Numbered from the stretch's first letter, positions 1 through 9,309 are shown. The stretch is DNA of 63,129 bases from Candidatus Yanofskybacteria bacterium RIFCSPLOWO2_02_FULL_44_18 (GCA_001794755.1 MGKT01000002.1:1-63129); one strand, 5' to 3'. Made by a program: numbers and translations. The notes: generated by a model not told the origin, from the letters alone.

Positions 1-7
1 GCCTTCG

Positions 8-208
8 ATGTCAGTTACGCCTATCGCGAATCAATCTGAAACATCGGGCGGATTCATGGGCTGGTTAAGTGATAATTGGCTTTTAGTCCTTTTAATACTA
101 GCCATTCTTGCTGGTTTGGGAACTTGGCTCTGGTTTTCCAAAAACAAATCAAGTTTTTCAAATCTTCCTCCACCCCCTCCGCCTGCAAATCCATCCATGC
201 CAGGGTAA
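8..208 (+). CDS. Membrane-anchored protein with Pro-rich tail, probably the C-terminal end of a gene truncated by the window start
   Basis: One TM helix (WLLVLLILAILAGLGTWLWF), then a basic patch and PPPPPP; the frame is open back to the window edge. Confidence 0.6.
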   Translation: MSVTPIANQSETSGGFMGWLSDNWLLVLLILAILAGLGTWLWFSKNKSSFSNLPPPPPPANPSMPG

Positions 209-254
209 TTTCTAACTGATATTACGCTCAGTAATAGGCAGATACCGTAAATTA

Positions 255-1943
255 ATGAGGACTCGACAAATAAATATCTCGGTGGTGATTTGTTCCTTTA
301 TTCTCGGGTTGGTTTTGATGATCCAATTAACTGCTGCTGCCGAAGAAGCTGAAACAGGCAAAGATTGCGGCCCGGCCGAAAAATATTTTCCCAAATCGCA
401 AGTTGAATCTATCTACGGCAAAAAGATTAGTTATACGATTCTAATCAAAGCCGGGGCTATAAATCCGGCCGGAACTAAGGAGTCGGCTAATTGCCGAATA
501 TTTTTTGATTCCAGCGGCCCGCTTTCAAGAAGCGACAATTTGGCAACGAGTTATGTGATTTATAATTCTGATTCGTCGGCGATCAGTGCGGCCGCCAAGC
601 CGGATAATCCGAATAATGTCCAAATGGATAAAGTCGCCGATATTAATATCGGCGACAGGGGAACATTATGGGTTGTCGGCGCCGGCTCTCCATTACCTAC
701 CTATATGATGCAAATCCATAAAGGACCTCTGCTTCTGGGCGTTCTATATTGGGATTCTAATAATCGCTCAAAAGCGGAAGATCTTTTGAGAGGAGCTGTC
801 CAAGATTCAAAATCCAGTCCGACTCCAAACCCAAGCAAGTCAGTTCAACCATCCGTTTCCAAGACTCCCGAAACTAAGGCGCCGGTCATAACTTCCATAA
901 CTAGGAGCGGAACAAAAAGTTCAGATTTTCCGGCCGGGATTTTCAGCAACTTTACCCCTGACGGCCAAGCTCTGTACAAATATTATTACGGCTATGCGAC
1001 AATAAGGGGCAAAAATCTGTCCGGAAGCGTATTAAGCAGCGACAATAAGGGCAATCTTGCTGGAGATCCGGCGATTGAATTCAGAAAAATCGAATCTTAC
1101 GACAACGGCAAGATGCTCATTGCCCAGATAGTCGTCAAGACATTCGCCAAGGAGGGAACCACCAATATTATCGCTACCGATTACAATGGCCAATCTAAAT
1201 ATCCGGTGACAATCACCATAACCGGCACTCAATATCTGCAAAGATTATACAAAGATAAGCCCATATTTTTCGGCGGTGACTGGGCAGATAAAGCTCCGAA
1301 TTCAAACATTACTAATCTTATCCAGGCGATAAATAAGGGCTTGTTAACTATCAATCACCCGAGTTATCAAAAACTTTTTATAATACCGTATATATTTGAA
1401 GCTGACGCATGGAATGATTTTGCTGAGACTCGGTTTTGCGGAGACTCTGCTAGCAGAGGTTTCAGGGCCGCGGGCTGTGCATCGCCCGGCGATTCAATAA
1501 TTTATCAGCAGGCGGATTTGTCAGACCTAGATTGGTTATCACAAACCATACTGCACGAATCAGCCCATAAGCTTCATTTTTATAATTTAGGAAAATACTT
1601 CCCAATACCCAGTCGTCCCAGTGGTTTTCAAGCAAGAATTAAGACCTTGTCTGACCCAGAAGTTGCTTATTGTCTATACATCCCAGTTAAAATATTGGAC
1701 GGTAGATTTTACTGGTTCGGCGATAATGATTCCCTAAGGAAGCCGCGCTGTGGATTTATATATCAATACGGCGCATCGGGGGTTTATAGAAATTTAAAAA
1801 ATAATGATTATTATGAACATGTTGCAACTCTAACCCAGGCGCGTGTATTTGCTGGCGATTTATTCAACTACCCTGAAGCAAAAAACAACCCAGCATACGG
1901 CAAGGAAATAAATCTGTTAAAAGAATATGGATTCGTCAAATAA
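255..1943 (+). CDS. Secreted 562-aa protein with Ig/IPT-like segment and C-terminal zincin-type metallopeptidase motif
   Basis: N-terminal signal peptide; S/P/T linker; APVITSI...TIRGKNL (IPT/TIG-like); HESAH (HExxH) plus downstream YYEHVA. Confidence 0.7.
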   Translation: MRTRQINISVVICSFILGLVLMIQLTAAAEEAETGKDCGPAEKYFPKSQVESIYGKKISYTILIKAGAINPAGTKESANCRIFFDSSGPLSRSDNLATSYVIYNSDSSAISAAAKPDNPNNVQMDKVADINIGDRGTLWVVGAGSPLPTYMMQIHKGPLLLGVLYWDSNNRSKAEDLLRGAVQDSKSSPTPNPSKSVQPSVSKTPETKAPVITSITRSGTKSSDFPAGIFSNFTPDGQALYKYYYGYATIRGKNLSGSVLSSDNKGNLAGDPAIEFRKIESYDNGKMLIAQIVVKTFAKEGTTNIIATDYNGQSKYPVTITITGTQYLQRLYKDKPIFFGGDWADKAPNSNITNLIQAINKGLLTINHPSYQKLFIIPYIFEADAWNDFAETRFCGDSASRGFRAAGCASPGDSIIYQQADLSDLDWLSQTILHESAHKLHFYNLGKYFPIPSRPSGFQARIKTLSDPEVAYCLYIPVKILDGRFYWFGDNDSLRKPRCGFIYQYGASGVYRNLKNNDYYEHVATLTQARVFAGDLFNYPEAKNNPAYGKEINLLKEYGFVK

Positions 1944-2604
1944 ACAAAAGAGGATAATGGTAGCACTCAGCGCCACTTTCTTTATTTTGCTATCGGCAAG
2001 CTTTGTCTTGGCTTCAGAAAAAGACTATCTGATTCTCTCCGTTTCAATAACAAACGAAAATATTAATATTAATTCCATAACGCAAAAGATTTTTGATGAC
2101 GCCAATTTACCCATACCAACAGAAGGGACTTACGTAGTGAGTCTAATCGATGGGAGTACTGTAGTTTCCAGAGGATTTTTTGAAGTTTCTGACAATACCG
2201 CCGACCTGGAGGTAATCGGGAAACGTTCCGGGGATGCTGGAGATCAATATGGCGAATCCCAAAGCAACCGTAAAGATGCACTTATATTCCTGCCCCTGAC
2301 TGTGAGTGCTGAAGCCGCAAATAGTTCAATTAGGATATCAAAAAACGGGCAAACACTTCTCGCTCAAAAATTAAGTGAAATTCCAATCAATATTGTCAGC
2401 GGCCTGAATGCGAGGATAATCACACCCATGCCGTCAGCCTCCTTTCCGCCATTTCCGACTGAAGATATACCTTCCAACAACTGGCTGTTCTGGTTTTTTG
2501 GATTAGCGGCAGTAATATCAGTGGCACTTACCATCTTTCTTATAAGACACAAGGGACAAAAACCACAACCGTCAATAAATACTCCTCAAATCCCGTTGCC
2601 GTAG
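1927..2604 (+). CDS. Hypothetical surface protein with N-terminal signal and C-terminal TM anchor
   Basis: Hydrophobic N-terminus; C-terminal WLFWFFGLAAVISVALTIFLI + RHK + Pro-rich tail; overlaps upstream gene. Confidence 0.7.
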   Translation: MDSSNKQKRIMVALSATFFILLSASFVLASEKDYLILSVSITNENININSITQKIFDDANLPIPTEGTYVVSLIDGSTVVSRGFFEVSDNTADLEVIGKRSGDAGDQYGESQSNRKDALIFLPLTVSAEAANSSIRISKNGQTLLAQKLSEIPINIVSGLNARIITPMPSASFPPFPTEDIPSNNWLFWFFGLAAVISVALTIFLIRHKGQKPQPSINTPQIPLP

Positions 2605-2670
2605 ATCCATTTCTTTTGTTGACGACAAAATCCATAATCAAGAGTATAATTTACATATCATTTTAAGTAG

Positions 2671-2946
2671 ATGTTAACCATGAAAGGTTTTATTTCTGCG
2701 TTTCTGTTCGTGATTCAGCTTTTGATTGTCTTTTTAGTTCTTCTTGGCTTTGTTTTGCAGAATGAATTAGCATTATTATTGTTTTATTTTCCGCTGCCGC
2801 TATTAATTATTAGCGTGATTCAGGTTCTCTTAACGAAAAATTTGATGCGAAAGATTCACATCACTCTGAGTATAATTTCTGGTATTGCATGGCTGGGGAC
2901 AGCTATTTCTATTGGCGGAAATCCCTTATTAGATTTTTTTAGGTAG
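2671..2946 (+). CDS. Small hypothetical integral membrane protein (about 3 TM)
   Basis: 91 aa, almost entirely hydrophobic; fills the intergenic gap in operon orientation. Confidence 0.6.
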   Translation: MLTMKGFISAFLFVIQLLIVFLVLLGFVLQNELALLLFYFPLPLLIISVIQVLLTKNLMRKIHITLSIISGIAWLGTAISIGGNPLLDFFR

Positions 2947-2947
2947 A

Positions 2948-3814
2948 ATGATGTCTCAATATATTTCTGAACAGAAAATCGAAGAGTTGGAAATGAAAGC
3001 CAATGAAGCGCGGGAACTTTTGATTGAGATGCTGGTTGAGGCAGGGTCGGGACACACGGCCGGGCCGCTGGGGATGGCCGATATTTTTACGGCCATGTAT
3101 TTTCATGTTTTAAAACATAATCCGGCAAAGCCGGATTGGGAAGAAAGAGATAGATTAATTCTCTCTAACGGCCATATTACCCCGATCAGATACGTTTTAA
3201 TGGCCATGGCCGGATATTTTCCGGTTGGGGAATTAAAAACTTTGCGAAAACTCGGCACGCGTTTGCAGGGCCATCCCGAAAGAGAAAGATTGTCGGGCGT
3301 TGAAACGACATCGGGACCGCTCGGTTCCGGTCTGGGCCAAGCGGCGGGTTACGCTTTTGGCGCGAGAATGGATAAGAAAAAATTTAGAATATATTGTTTT
3401 ATGTCTGACGGTGAACAGGATGCCGGGGCGACATGGGAGTCGGTAATGTTTGCCGGAAAATACAGACTTAGCAATCTGACGGTGGTAATAGACAGGAACA
3501 ACATCCAGATTGACGGCACGACGGAAAATGTCATGCCTCTGGAGCCCCTGCGGGCGAAATACGAATCATTCGGTTGGCATGTGTTGGAAGCGGATGGGCA
3601 CAATATAGAGAAGTTTATTGACGCGGTTGAAGAAGCCAAAGCAATACACGAAAAACCAACATTGATTATCGCTCACACTATACCGGGAAAGGGAATCCAC
3701 CAAATTGAAAACGATTTTAAGTGGCACGGTATTCCGCCGACGGCCGAACAGGCAAAGGAATTTTTACATGAATTAAGAACGTTAAGAGGCAAAATTAAGT
3801 CAGAACATCAATGA
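2948..3814 (+). CDS. Transketolase, N-terminal (TPP-binding) subunit
   Basis: AGSGH, RDRLILSNGH, LQGHP, GPLGSGLG, SDGEQDAG...N TPP motif, HTIPGKG. Confidence 0.95.
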   Translation: MMSQYISEQKIEELEMKANEARELLIEMLVEAGSGHTAGPLGMADIFTAMYFHVLKHNPAKPDWEERDRLILSNGHITPIRYVLMAMAGYFPVGELKTLRKLGTRLQGHPERERLSGVETTSGPLGSGLGQAAGYAFGARMDKKKFRIYCFMSDGEQDAGATWESVMFAGKYRLSNLTVVIDRNNIQIDGTTENVMPLEPLRAKYESFGWHVLEADGHNIEKFIDAVEEAKAIHEKPTLIIAHTIPGKGIHQIENDFKWHGIPPTAEQAKEFLHELRTLRGKIKSEHQ

Positions 3815-3827
3815 AAGGAGGTGTCAT

Positions 3828-4076
3828 ATGTTAGGAAAAACAAGAGGGTGCGGATGCGGTCATCACGGTTTGAGCAGAGCAATCGGCTGGCTAACTGTAA
3901 TTGCCGGTTTGGTTTTCTTATATACGGTTTGGTGGAACACGACCTTGTTTGGATTTGATGCCACGGCCTGGTTCGAACACGTTGTGGTATTCGGGGTCGG
4001 TCTGTTCGCATTGTCAGGTTGTAGCTGCTGTTGCGGCAAAGAATGCTGCGGCACTTGCCCGGTTCAGAAATCCTAA
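3828..4076 (+). CDS. Small Cys-rich two-TM membrane protein
   Basis: Strong SD (aaaggaggtg) before ATG; CGCGHH, two hydrophobic helices, CSCCCGKECCGTC; hairpin downstream. Confidence 0.7.
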   Translation: MLGKTRGCGCGHHGLSRAIGWLTVIAGLVFLYTVWWNTTLFGFDATAWFEHVVVFGVGLFALSGCSCCCGKECCGTCPVQKS

Positions 4077-4126
4077 ACTCTGATGCCTGAACCCTGAATG
4101 CAGGGTTTAGGATTTAGAGTTTATAT

Positions 4127-5104
4127 ATGATTAATCCCGAAGCCAAACTTATATCCGATATAAATAATCCGGAGATGGTCCCTTTGAGGGATGGTTTTGG
4201 TTCGGGAGTGTTCGAGGCGGGGGAGAAGGACGAGAGAGTCGTAGTCTTGTGTGCTGACTTAAAAGAATCAACGCGTTGCGACAAGTTTGCCGATAAATTT
4301 TCGGACAGATTTCTGGAAATGGGCGTCGCCGAGCAGAACATGGCTCTCGTGGCGTCAGGCCTGGCTAACTACGGAAAGATACCGTTTATCGCGTCATACG
4401 CGACGTTCAGCCCAGGGCGAAATAATGAGCAGATTAGGACTAACATCGCTTTAAATAACGTATCCGTCAAAATTGCGGGACACCATGCCGGCGTTTCCGT
4501 CGGTCCCGACGGCGCGACCCATCAAGCCCTGGAAGATATCGCCTTGATGAGAGTCTTGCCGAATATGGTTGTAATAGTCCCTTGCGACGTCATAGAAGCT
4601 CGTAAAGCTACGGTAGCCGCCGCTTCAAACGGGAAACCGACATACATCAGATACGGCCGCGAAAAGTCGCCGGTTATTACCACCGAAAATAGTCCGTTTG
4701 AAATCGGCGAGGCGTTGATTTTAAGAGAGGGGAAAGACGTGTCGATAATCGGCTGCGGGATTTTGCTTCATAACGCTTTATTGGCCGCCGAAGAATTATC
4801 CAAAGAGGGCATAGAGTGCGAAGTAATTAATTGTCATACCATAAAACCGATTGATGAAAAGACCATAATTAAATCGGCAAAAAAAACGGGTTGCGTAGTT
4901 TCAGTCGAAGAGCATCAAATTGCCGGCGGTCTTGGTTCAGCCGTTGCCGAAACGCTTTCCCGAAATTATCCCGTGCCGCAGGAGTATGTGGGGATGCAGG
5001 ATCGGTTCGGAGAATCAGGCAAGGCCGAAGAATTGATTGAATACTTCGAAATGGGGAAGGAGAGTATTAAAAATGCCGCCAGAAAGGCGATATCTAGAAA
5101 ATAG
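4127..5104 (+). CDS. Transketolase, C-terminal (pyrimidine-binding/C) subunit
   Basis: ADL..ST, EMGVAEQNM, GPDGATHQALEDIA, EEHQIAGGLGSAVAE. Confidence 0.95.
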   Translation: MINPEAKLISDINNPEMVPLRDGFGSGVFEAGEKDERVVVLCADLKESTRCDKFADKFSDRFLEMGVAEQNMALVASGLANYGKIPFIASYATFSPGRNNEQIRTNIALNNVSVKIAGHHAGVSVGPDGATHQALEDIALMRVLPNMVVIVPCDVIEARKATVAAASNGKPTYIRYGREKSPVITTENSPFEIGEALILREGKDVSIIGCGILLHNALLAAEELSKEGIECEVINCHTIKPIDEKTIIKSAKKTGCVVSVEEHQIAGGLGSAVAETLSRNYPVPQEYVGMQDRFGESGKAEELIEYFEMGKESIKNAARKAISRK

Positions 5105-5110
5105 GCCCAT

Positions 5111-5145
5111 AAAAACCGCCCTGAGAGTGTCGAAGGACGGTTTTT
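5111..5145. terminator. Bidirectional intrinsic terminator between convergent tkt-C and UDG genes
   Basis: AAAAACCG...CGGTTTTT hairpin with A/T tracts on both sides. Confidence 0.65.
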
Positions 5146-5683
5146 AGTTCGGTTTATTTATTATTTCCTTTAATTTCACGAAATCAGCTTCCAGCTGATT
5201 TCGAATTTGTTCGCTCTGCAGAGCGTGTTTGGGATGGAAAGTGGGAAAAAGATTATACGGACCCAGGTTGAAAGTCTTTCCATGGATATTGTCCAAGGGC
5301 TGTCGTAGGCCGATGCCGTTTAAAGCACTAGTCCCCAGCGTGACCACGATATTGGGGCCGACGCTCTTTATTTCTTCTTTTAAAAATGGCAGATGGGCTT
5401 TTATTTCCTTAGCGGTTAACGCGTGGCCGGAAGGAAAAAATTTGACTACATTCGTTATGTATACTTTGCGTTTATCAACTCCCAAAGAGCGAAGAAGTTT
5501 GTTGAGATATTTTTCGGATGGGCCGGCGACGGGCTTGTTGCTTTTGTCTTCATCCGAGCCCGGAATTTCAGCCACGAAAACAATTTTTGAGCCGACTGAA
5601 CCCTGGCCAAAGATTAGTTTTTTGCCCTGAAACTTTTGTTTTAAAGCATTATGAACATGCTTAAGATTAGGGTCTATCGCCAT
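5144..5683 (-). CDS. Uracil-DNA glycosylase family 4-like protein (divergent)
   Basis: IVFVAEIPG..ED, VYITNVVK, IVVTLGTSAL, PTFHP motifs; Fe-S cysteines absent. Confidence 0.85.
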   Translation of the reverse strand: MAIDPNLKHVHNALKQKFQGKKLIFGQGSVGSKIVFVAEIPGSDEDKSNKPVAGPSEKYLNKLLRSLGVDKRKVYITNVVKFFPSGHALTAKEIKAHLPFLKEEIKSVGPNIVVTLGTSALNGIGLRQPLDNIHGKTFNLGPYNLFPTFHPKHALQSEQIRNQLEADFVKLKEIINKPN

Positions 5684-5752
5684 ATTGGTAGGGATTGACT
5701 GATACTAGCATTTTTAGGGATTTTTGGCAAGGTATCGAACTATGGCGTGGAA

Positions 5753-5781
5753 TTGATAACACGGGAAGTTGATGTTATAAT
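5753..5781 (+). promoter_or_regulatory. Sigma70 promoter for the tRNA-Ile/tRNA-Ala pair
   Basis: TTGATA - 17 bp - TATAAT, 26 nt before tRNA-Ile. Confidence 0.8.
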
Positions 5782-5807
5782 TTAAAATATTTTGAACAAT
5801 AAATACC

Positions 5808-5879
5808 GCGCGCGTAGTTCAGTGGTAGAACGCGTTCCTGATAAGAACGAGGCCCTTGGTCCGATTCCAAGCGCGCGCA
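5808..5879 (+). tRNA. tRNA-Ile(GAU)
   Basis: Cloverleaf: GCGCGCG/CGCGCGC acceptor, CGTTC-CT GAT AA-GAACG anticodon arm, CTTGG/CCAAG T-stem. Confidence 0.95.
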
Positions 5880-5886
5880 CATTCGC

Positions 5887-5959
5887 GGGCCGTTAGCTCA
5901 GTTGGTAGAGCGCCTCATTTGCAATGAGGAGGTCACCAGTTCAAGTCTGGTACGGTCCA
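5887..5959 (+). tRNA. tRNA-Ala(UGC)
   Basis: Cloverleaf with G3:U70, CCTCA-TT TGC AA-TGAGG anticodon arm, TTCAAGT T-loop. Confidence 0.97.
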
Positions 5960-5966
5960 CTATCGC

Positions 5967-6539
5967 ATGTTCTCAACTATCCTATACTTCATCACCACCC
6001 ACCAGCTGCTCGGTTATCTGGTAATATTTCTAGGCATGATTTTGGAGGGAGATATTATTCTTTTTACCGCTGCTTTTTTGACTCACTATGGATTTTTCGA
6101 TCCTGTTAAAATAATTTTTGTTGTCGTGGCCGGTGTTATTCTTGGTGACATTATCTGGTATTATCTCGGCATCTTCGCCGTTAAATACCCGAGAATAAAC
6201 AAGTGGCTTGACCGCATAACCCACCGAGTCGACAGTCATCTGGAAAAAAGTCCTTTTAAAACTTTATTTTTTTCTAAGTTCATATACGGCCTCCACCACC
6301 CCATACTAATGAGAATCGGTTCCAAGAAAATGGGATTGAAAAAATATTTAAAGTCGGATATCATCGCCAGCCTTATATGGATTGTAATCATAGCTGTTTT
6401 GGGCTATCTTTTCGGCGCTTCATTTTTTCTGGTCAAGAAATATATCCGCTACGCCGAACTGCTTTTTTTAGCCGGTGTCATCATCTTTTTCTTGTTTGAA
6501 AAAGGTTTAGTGTCCAGAAAACTAGAAGAGAAGATATAA
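5967..6539 (+). CDS. DedA/SNARE-associated family membrane protein
   Basis: LEGDIILF.AAFL, G..LGD..WYYLG, FFSKFIYGL..P pattern. Confidence 0.85.
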   Translation: MFSTILYFITTHQLLGYLVIFLGMILEGDIILFTAAFLTHYGFFDPVKIIFVVVAGVILGDIIWYYLGIFAVKYPRINKWLDRITHRVDSHLEKSPFKTLFFSKFIYGLHHPILMRIGSKKMGLKKYLKSDIIASLIWIVIIAVLGYLFGASFFLVKKYIRYAELLFLAGVIIFFLFEKGLVSRKLEEKI

Positions 6540-6561
6540 TAGTGGTAAAGTAACAAATCAT

Positions 6562-7590
6562 ATGTCCAGCCAGCTTACAATTTTGCTTTTTTCCGTCGGG
6601 GCGGCCGTTATCGTCCTTTTGGGCATTAATTTGTATGTCTTATTCAAACCCAAGAAACAGGAACCGGATGACACATATTTGGCTTTGCACCAAAGATTGG
6701 ATTCATTTTCCCAGCTCATTTCCGACCAGCTTGAAAAAAACCGCCAGGCTTCCGAGAAGGCGACCGTCACCGTCCATCAGCAAGTCCAGGGATTTACGCA
6801 AGGTATGACTTTGCTGCAGGAAAACATGCGGCAAATGCACGAATCGGTAAAAGGCGTTGTTTCGTTCCAGGACATCTTCAAGTCTCCCAAATTAAGAGGT
6901 ATATGGGGCGAAGCTTCATTGGAGTCAGCCCTTGACGAGTATTTTCCCAAGGATCGTTACGAGCTCCAGCATTATTTCAGGTCTGGGGAAGCGGTTGATG
7001 CCATTTTGAAATTGCCGAATAACTTACTGCTTCCGATTGACTCAAAATTCAACTGGGAGAATTTTGAAAAAATGATCAATGCCGAAAACGATATTAATAG
7101 AGAAATACACCGCAAACAATTCTATAACGACGTAAAAAAGAAAATTGACGAGATAGCGTCCAAATATATATTGCCGGGAGAGGGCACGATTGACCGGGCT
7201 TTGATGTATGTTCCGGCCGAGACTGTATATTATGAAATCATAAACAATATTAAAGACGTGGATATACCCAAATACGCACGATCAAAGAAGGTCTATTTGG
7301 TTTCGCCGAATACGTTCGCTCTTTCCGTTTCCGCTATTTTGCACTGGTTTCGTGACGTTCAGCTTAATAAGCAAACGCAGGATATCATGAAGCGTCTCGA
7401 TCGCATTCTCGTTGATTCCACGAAACTCACGGATGAATTTCAAAAGCTGGGCCGGCACATCTCAAACGTCAAATCTTCTTATGATGAATCGGAAAAAAGA
7501 GTGGCGTTGATGGTAGACAGAGTCAGAAATGTCATTGAAATAGGGGAAAGTGAAGACGGCGCCGCGAAAATAGAAGCGCCGACCGTCTGA
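6562..7590 (+). CDS. rmuC: DNA recombination protein RmuC
   Basis: N-terminal TM and coiled coil; KLRGIWGE, VDAILKLP..LLPIDSKF, I.SKYI.P.EGT.D.A.MYVP.E. Confidence 0.93.
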   Translation: MSSQLTILLFSVGAAVIVLLGINLYVLFKPKKQEPDDTYLALHQRLDSFSQLISDQLEKNRQASEKATVTVHQQVQGFTQGMTLLQENMRQMHESVKGVVSFQDIFKSPKLRGIWGEASLESALDEYFPKDRYELQHYFRSGEAVDAILKLPNNLLLPIDSKFNWENFEKMINAENDINREIHRKQFYNDVKKKIDEIASKYILPGEGTIDRALMYVPAETVYYEIINNIKDVDIPKYARSKKVYLVSPNTFALSVSAILHWFRDVQLNKQTQDIMKRLDRILVDSTKLTDEFQKLGRHISNVKSSYDESEKRVALMVDRVRNVIEIGESEDGAAKIEAPTV

Positions 7591-7709
7591 TTGCCTTTAT
7601 TTTATCAACATTTCTGCTTGCATTTTCTGCTTTCGAAAGTGTTAAAATGCAGTTGTGATTAAGAATAAAAAGTCCTCGATTCATCGAGGCAGGGAATGGA
7701 GGTGTCTAC

Positions 7710-8393
7710 ATGATTGAAGTTGTAATGGCATCAGATATCGTCAGGTCATCGCTGGTTACCCTGTGGGCCGGCGTCGCTGGTTTCGTCCCTCGGCTTGTCG
7801 CCGCTATTGTTGTATTCATCGTCGGCTGGATTATCGCTGTCTTGCTGGGCAAAGTTGCTTACCATATTATTCGTGTTTTGCATATTGACGCGGCATTATC
7901 ACGCGTCGGATTCAGAAGAGCTTGGGAAAAAAGCGGATTCCGCTTAGATACTCCCAAGTTCTTTTATGAATTGGTAAAATGGTTCTTTATCGTCGTCTTC
8001 TTGATGGCGTCAACGAATATAATGGGTTTGGATCAGGTTACCGAATTCCTGCGAACCGTCGTCTACTATATTCCTAACGTAATAGTGGCCACGTTGATAC
8101 TTTTAATCGGTATCTTGGTTGCCAAATTCCTGGAAGATTTAGTTCGGGCATCGGTTAAGGCGGCGGGATTGGTATCTGGAAATTTCCTGGGCGCGTTAAC
8201 CAAGTGGTCAGTATTTATCTTCAGCTTCCTTATCGCTTTGGATCGCTTGCAGGTGGCCGGAGATATAATAAAAATTCTCGTTACAGGATTGATTGCGGCC
8301 GGCGCATTGGCTGCCGGATTGGCCTTTGGCCTTGGCGGAGCCAAGCATACTGAAGAAGCACTGGCTAACCTTAAAAAGAGAATCGGGGAGTGA
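7710..8393 (+). CDS. MscS-associated TM-helix repeat membrane protein (CmpX-like)
   Basis: Repeated (F/Y)(V/I)P...A..I...G....K helices; ALAFGLGG C-terminus; SD ggaggtg. Confidence 0.8.
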   Translation: MIEVVMASDIVRSSLVTLWAGVAGFVPRLVAAIVVFIVGWIIAVLLGKVAYHIIRVLHIDAALSRVGFRRAWEKSGFRLDTPKFFYELVKWFFIVVFLMASTNIMGLDQVTEFLRTVVYYIPNVIVATLILLIGILVAKFLEDLVRASVKAAGLVSGNFLGALTKWSVFIFSFLIALDRLQVAGDIIKILVTGLIAAGALAAGLAFGLGGAKHTEEALANLKKRIGE

Positions 8394-8397
8394 TTCC

Positions 8398-8433
8398 AAA
8401 CTAAAATCCGCTCACAAAGGCGGATTTTAGTTT
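8398..8433. terminator. Bidirectional intrinsic terminator
   Basis: AAACTAAAATCCGC / GCGGATTTTAGTTT 14-bp stem between convergent genes. Confidence 0.8.
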
Positions 8434-8435
8434 GG

Positions 8436-9008
8436 CTATATTATCTGCAATAATCGAATTTCGGCTTCTTTGAAAACTTGTTTCAATGTTTCATTCTCTT
8501 TTTTTGAAAATTTTGACAAAACGAAATCTCTCACGAACTCATCTCTTTTCTTCTCGGACAGCTGCCGAGCCTTTTGCAGTGATTTGACCGATATGCCCAG
8601 GCGGATGCGGTAGAATTTTTTTGTTTTCAGGGATTTCATAATTGATTCAACGCCCTTGTGGCCGCCGGAATTCTTTTCAAAGGATAATTTCACTTTACCG
8701 AATTCTATATCAAGATCGTCCTGAAATACGATAATATCCTCCGGTTTTGTTTTATAAAAATTCTTTAGCTTGGAAACCGCGTCGCCCGACTTATTAACAA
8801 ATGTAGTCGGCTTGGCGAAAATGACGGAAGTTTTTTCGATCTCGCCTTTGGCAGCATGGCTCAATAATTTAGGTTGGCTTGAAAATTTTTCTAATCCGTA
8901 TTTCCTGGCCAAGAAATCAAGCGCCATAAATCCTATATTGTGCCTTGTTTCCTGGTATTCGGAATCGGGATTGCCCAGACCGATTATTAGTTTTAGATTT
9001 GACTTCAT
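8436..9008 (-). CDS. pth: Peptidyl-tRNA hydrolase
   Basis: LIIGLGNP..Y..TRHNIGF, KPTTFVN.SG, DDLD, GGHKG. Confidence 0.96.
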   Translation of the reverse strand: MKSNLKLIIGLGNPDSEYQETRHNIGFMALDFLARKYGLEKFSSQPKLLSHAAKGEIEKTSVIFAKPTTFVNKSGDAVSKLKNFYKTKPEDIIVFQDDLDIEFGKVKLSFEKNSGGHKGVESIMKSLKTKKFYRIRLGISVKSLQKARQLSEKKRDEFVRDFVLSKFSKKENETLKQVFKEAEIRLLQII

Positions 9009-9056
9009 GCGTTCTCCATTGTAGGATAAAAGAAGCTTTTGTGCAATGAGGTGCTT

Positions 9057-9278
9057 ATGGTATCCCTTAAACTACATTCGCCTCCGTGCCTTGTTTCCGT
9101 TCCTTACAAAAATCTGGAAAATATGGATAATTTTTTTGATGACGCGGGATTTAAGTGTGTCGCTCGAGGAAATAGCCTTGGCCATCTGGTTTTGCCCCAA
9201 AGAGCCGGCGAATTTACGAGCCATATTGTACAGCCGCTGAATCCTGAAAAAAGAGTTCTAAAGATATTCAGGCCCTGA
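9057..9278 (+). CDS. Small orphan protein (73 aa) with own SD and terminator
   Basis: GAGGTG at 9048-9053 before ATG 9057; AGGCCC/GGGCCT hairpin plus T-tract at the stop. Confidence 0.5.
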   Translation: MVSLKLHSPPCLVSVPYKNLENMDNFFDDAGFKCVARGNSLGHLVLPQRAGEFTSHIVQPLNPEKRVLKIFRP

Positions 9279-9309
9279 TTGCGGAGGGGCCTTTTGTTTT
9301 GTCCTAGAT

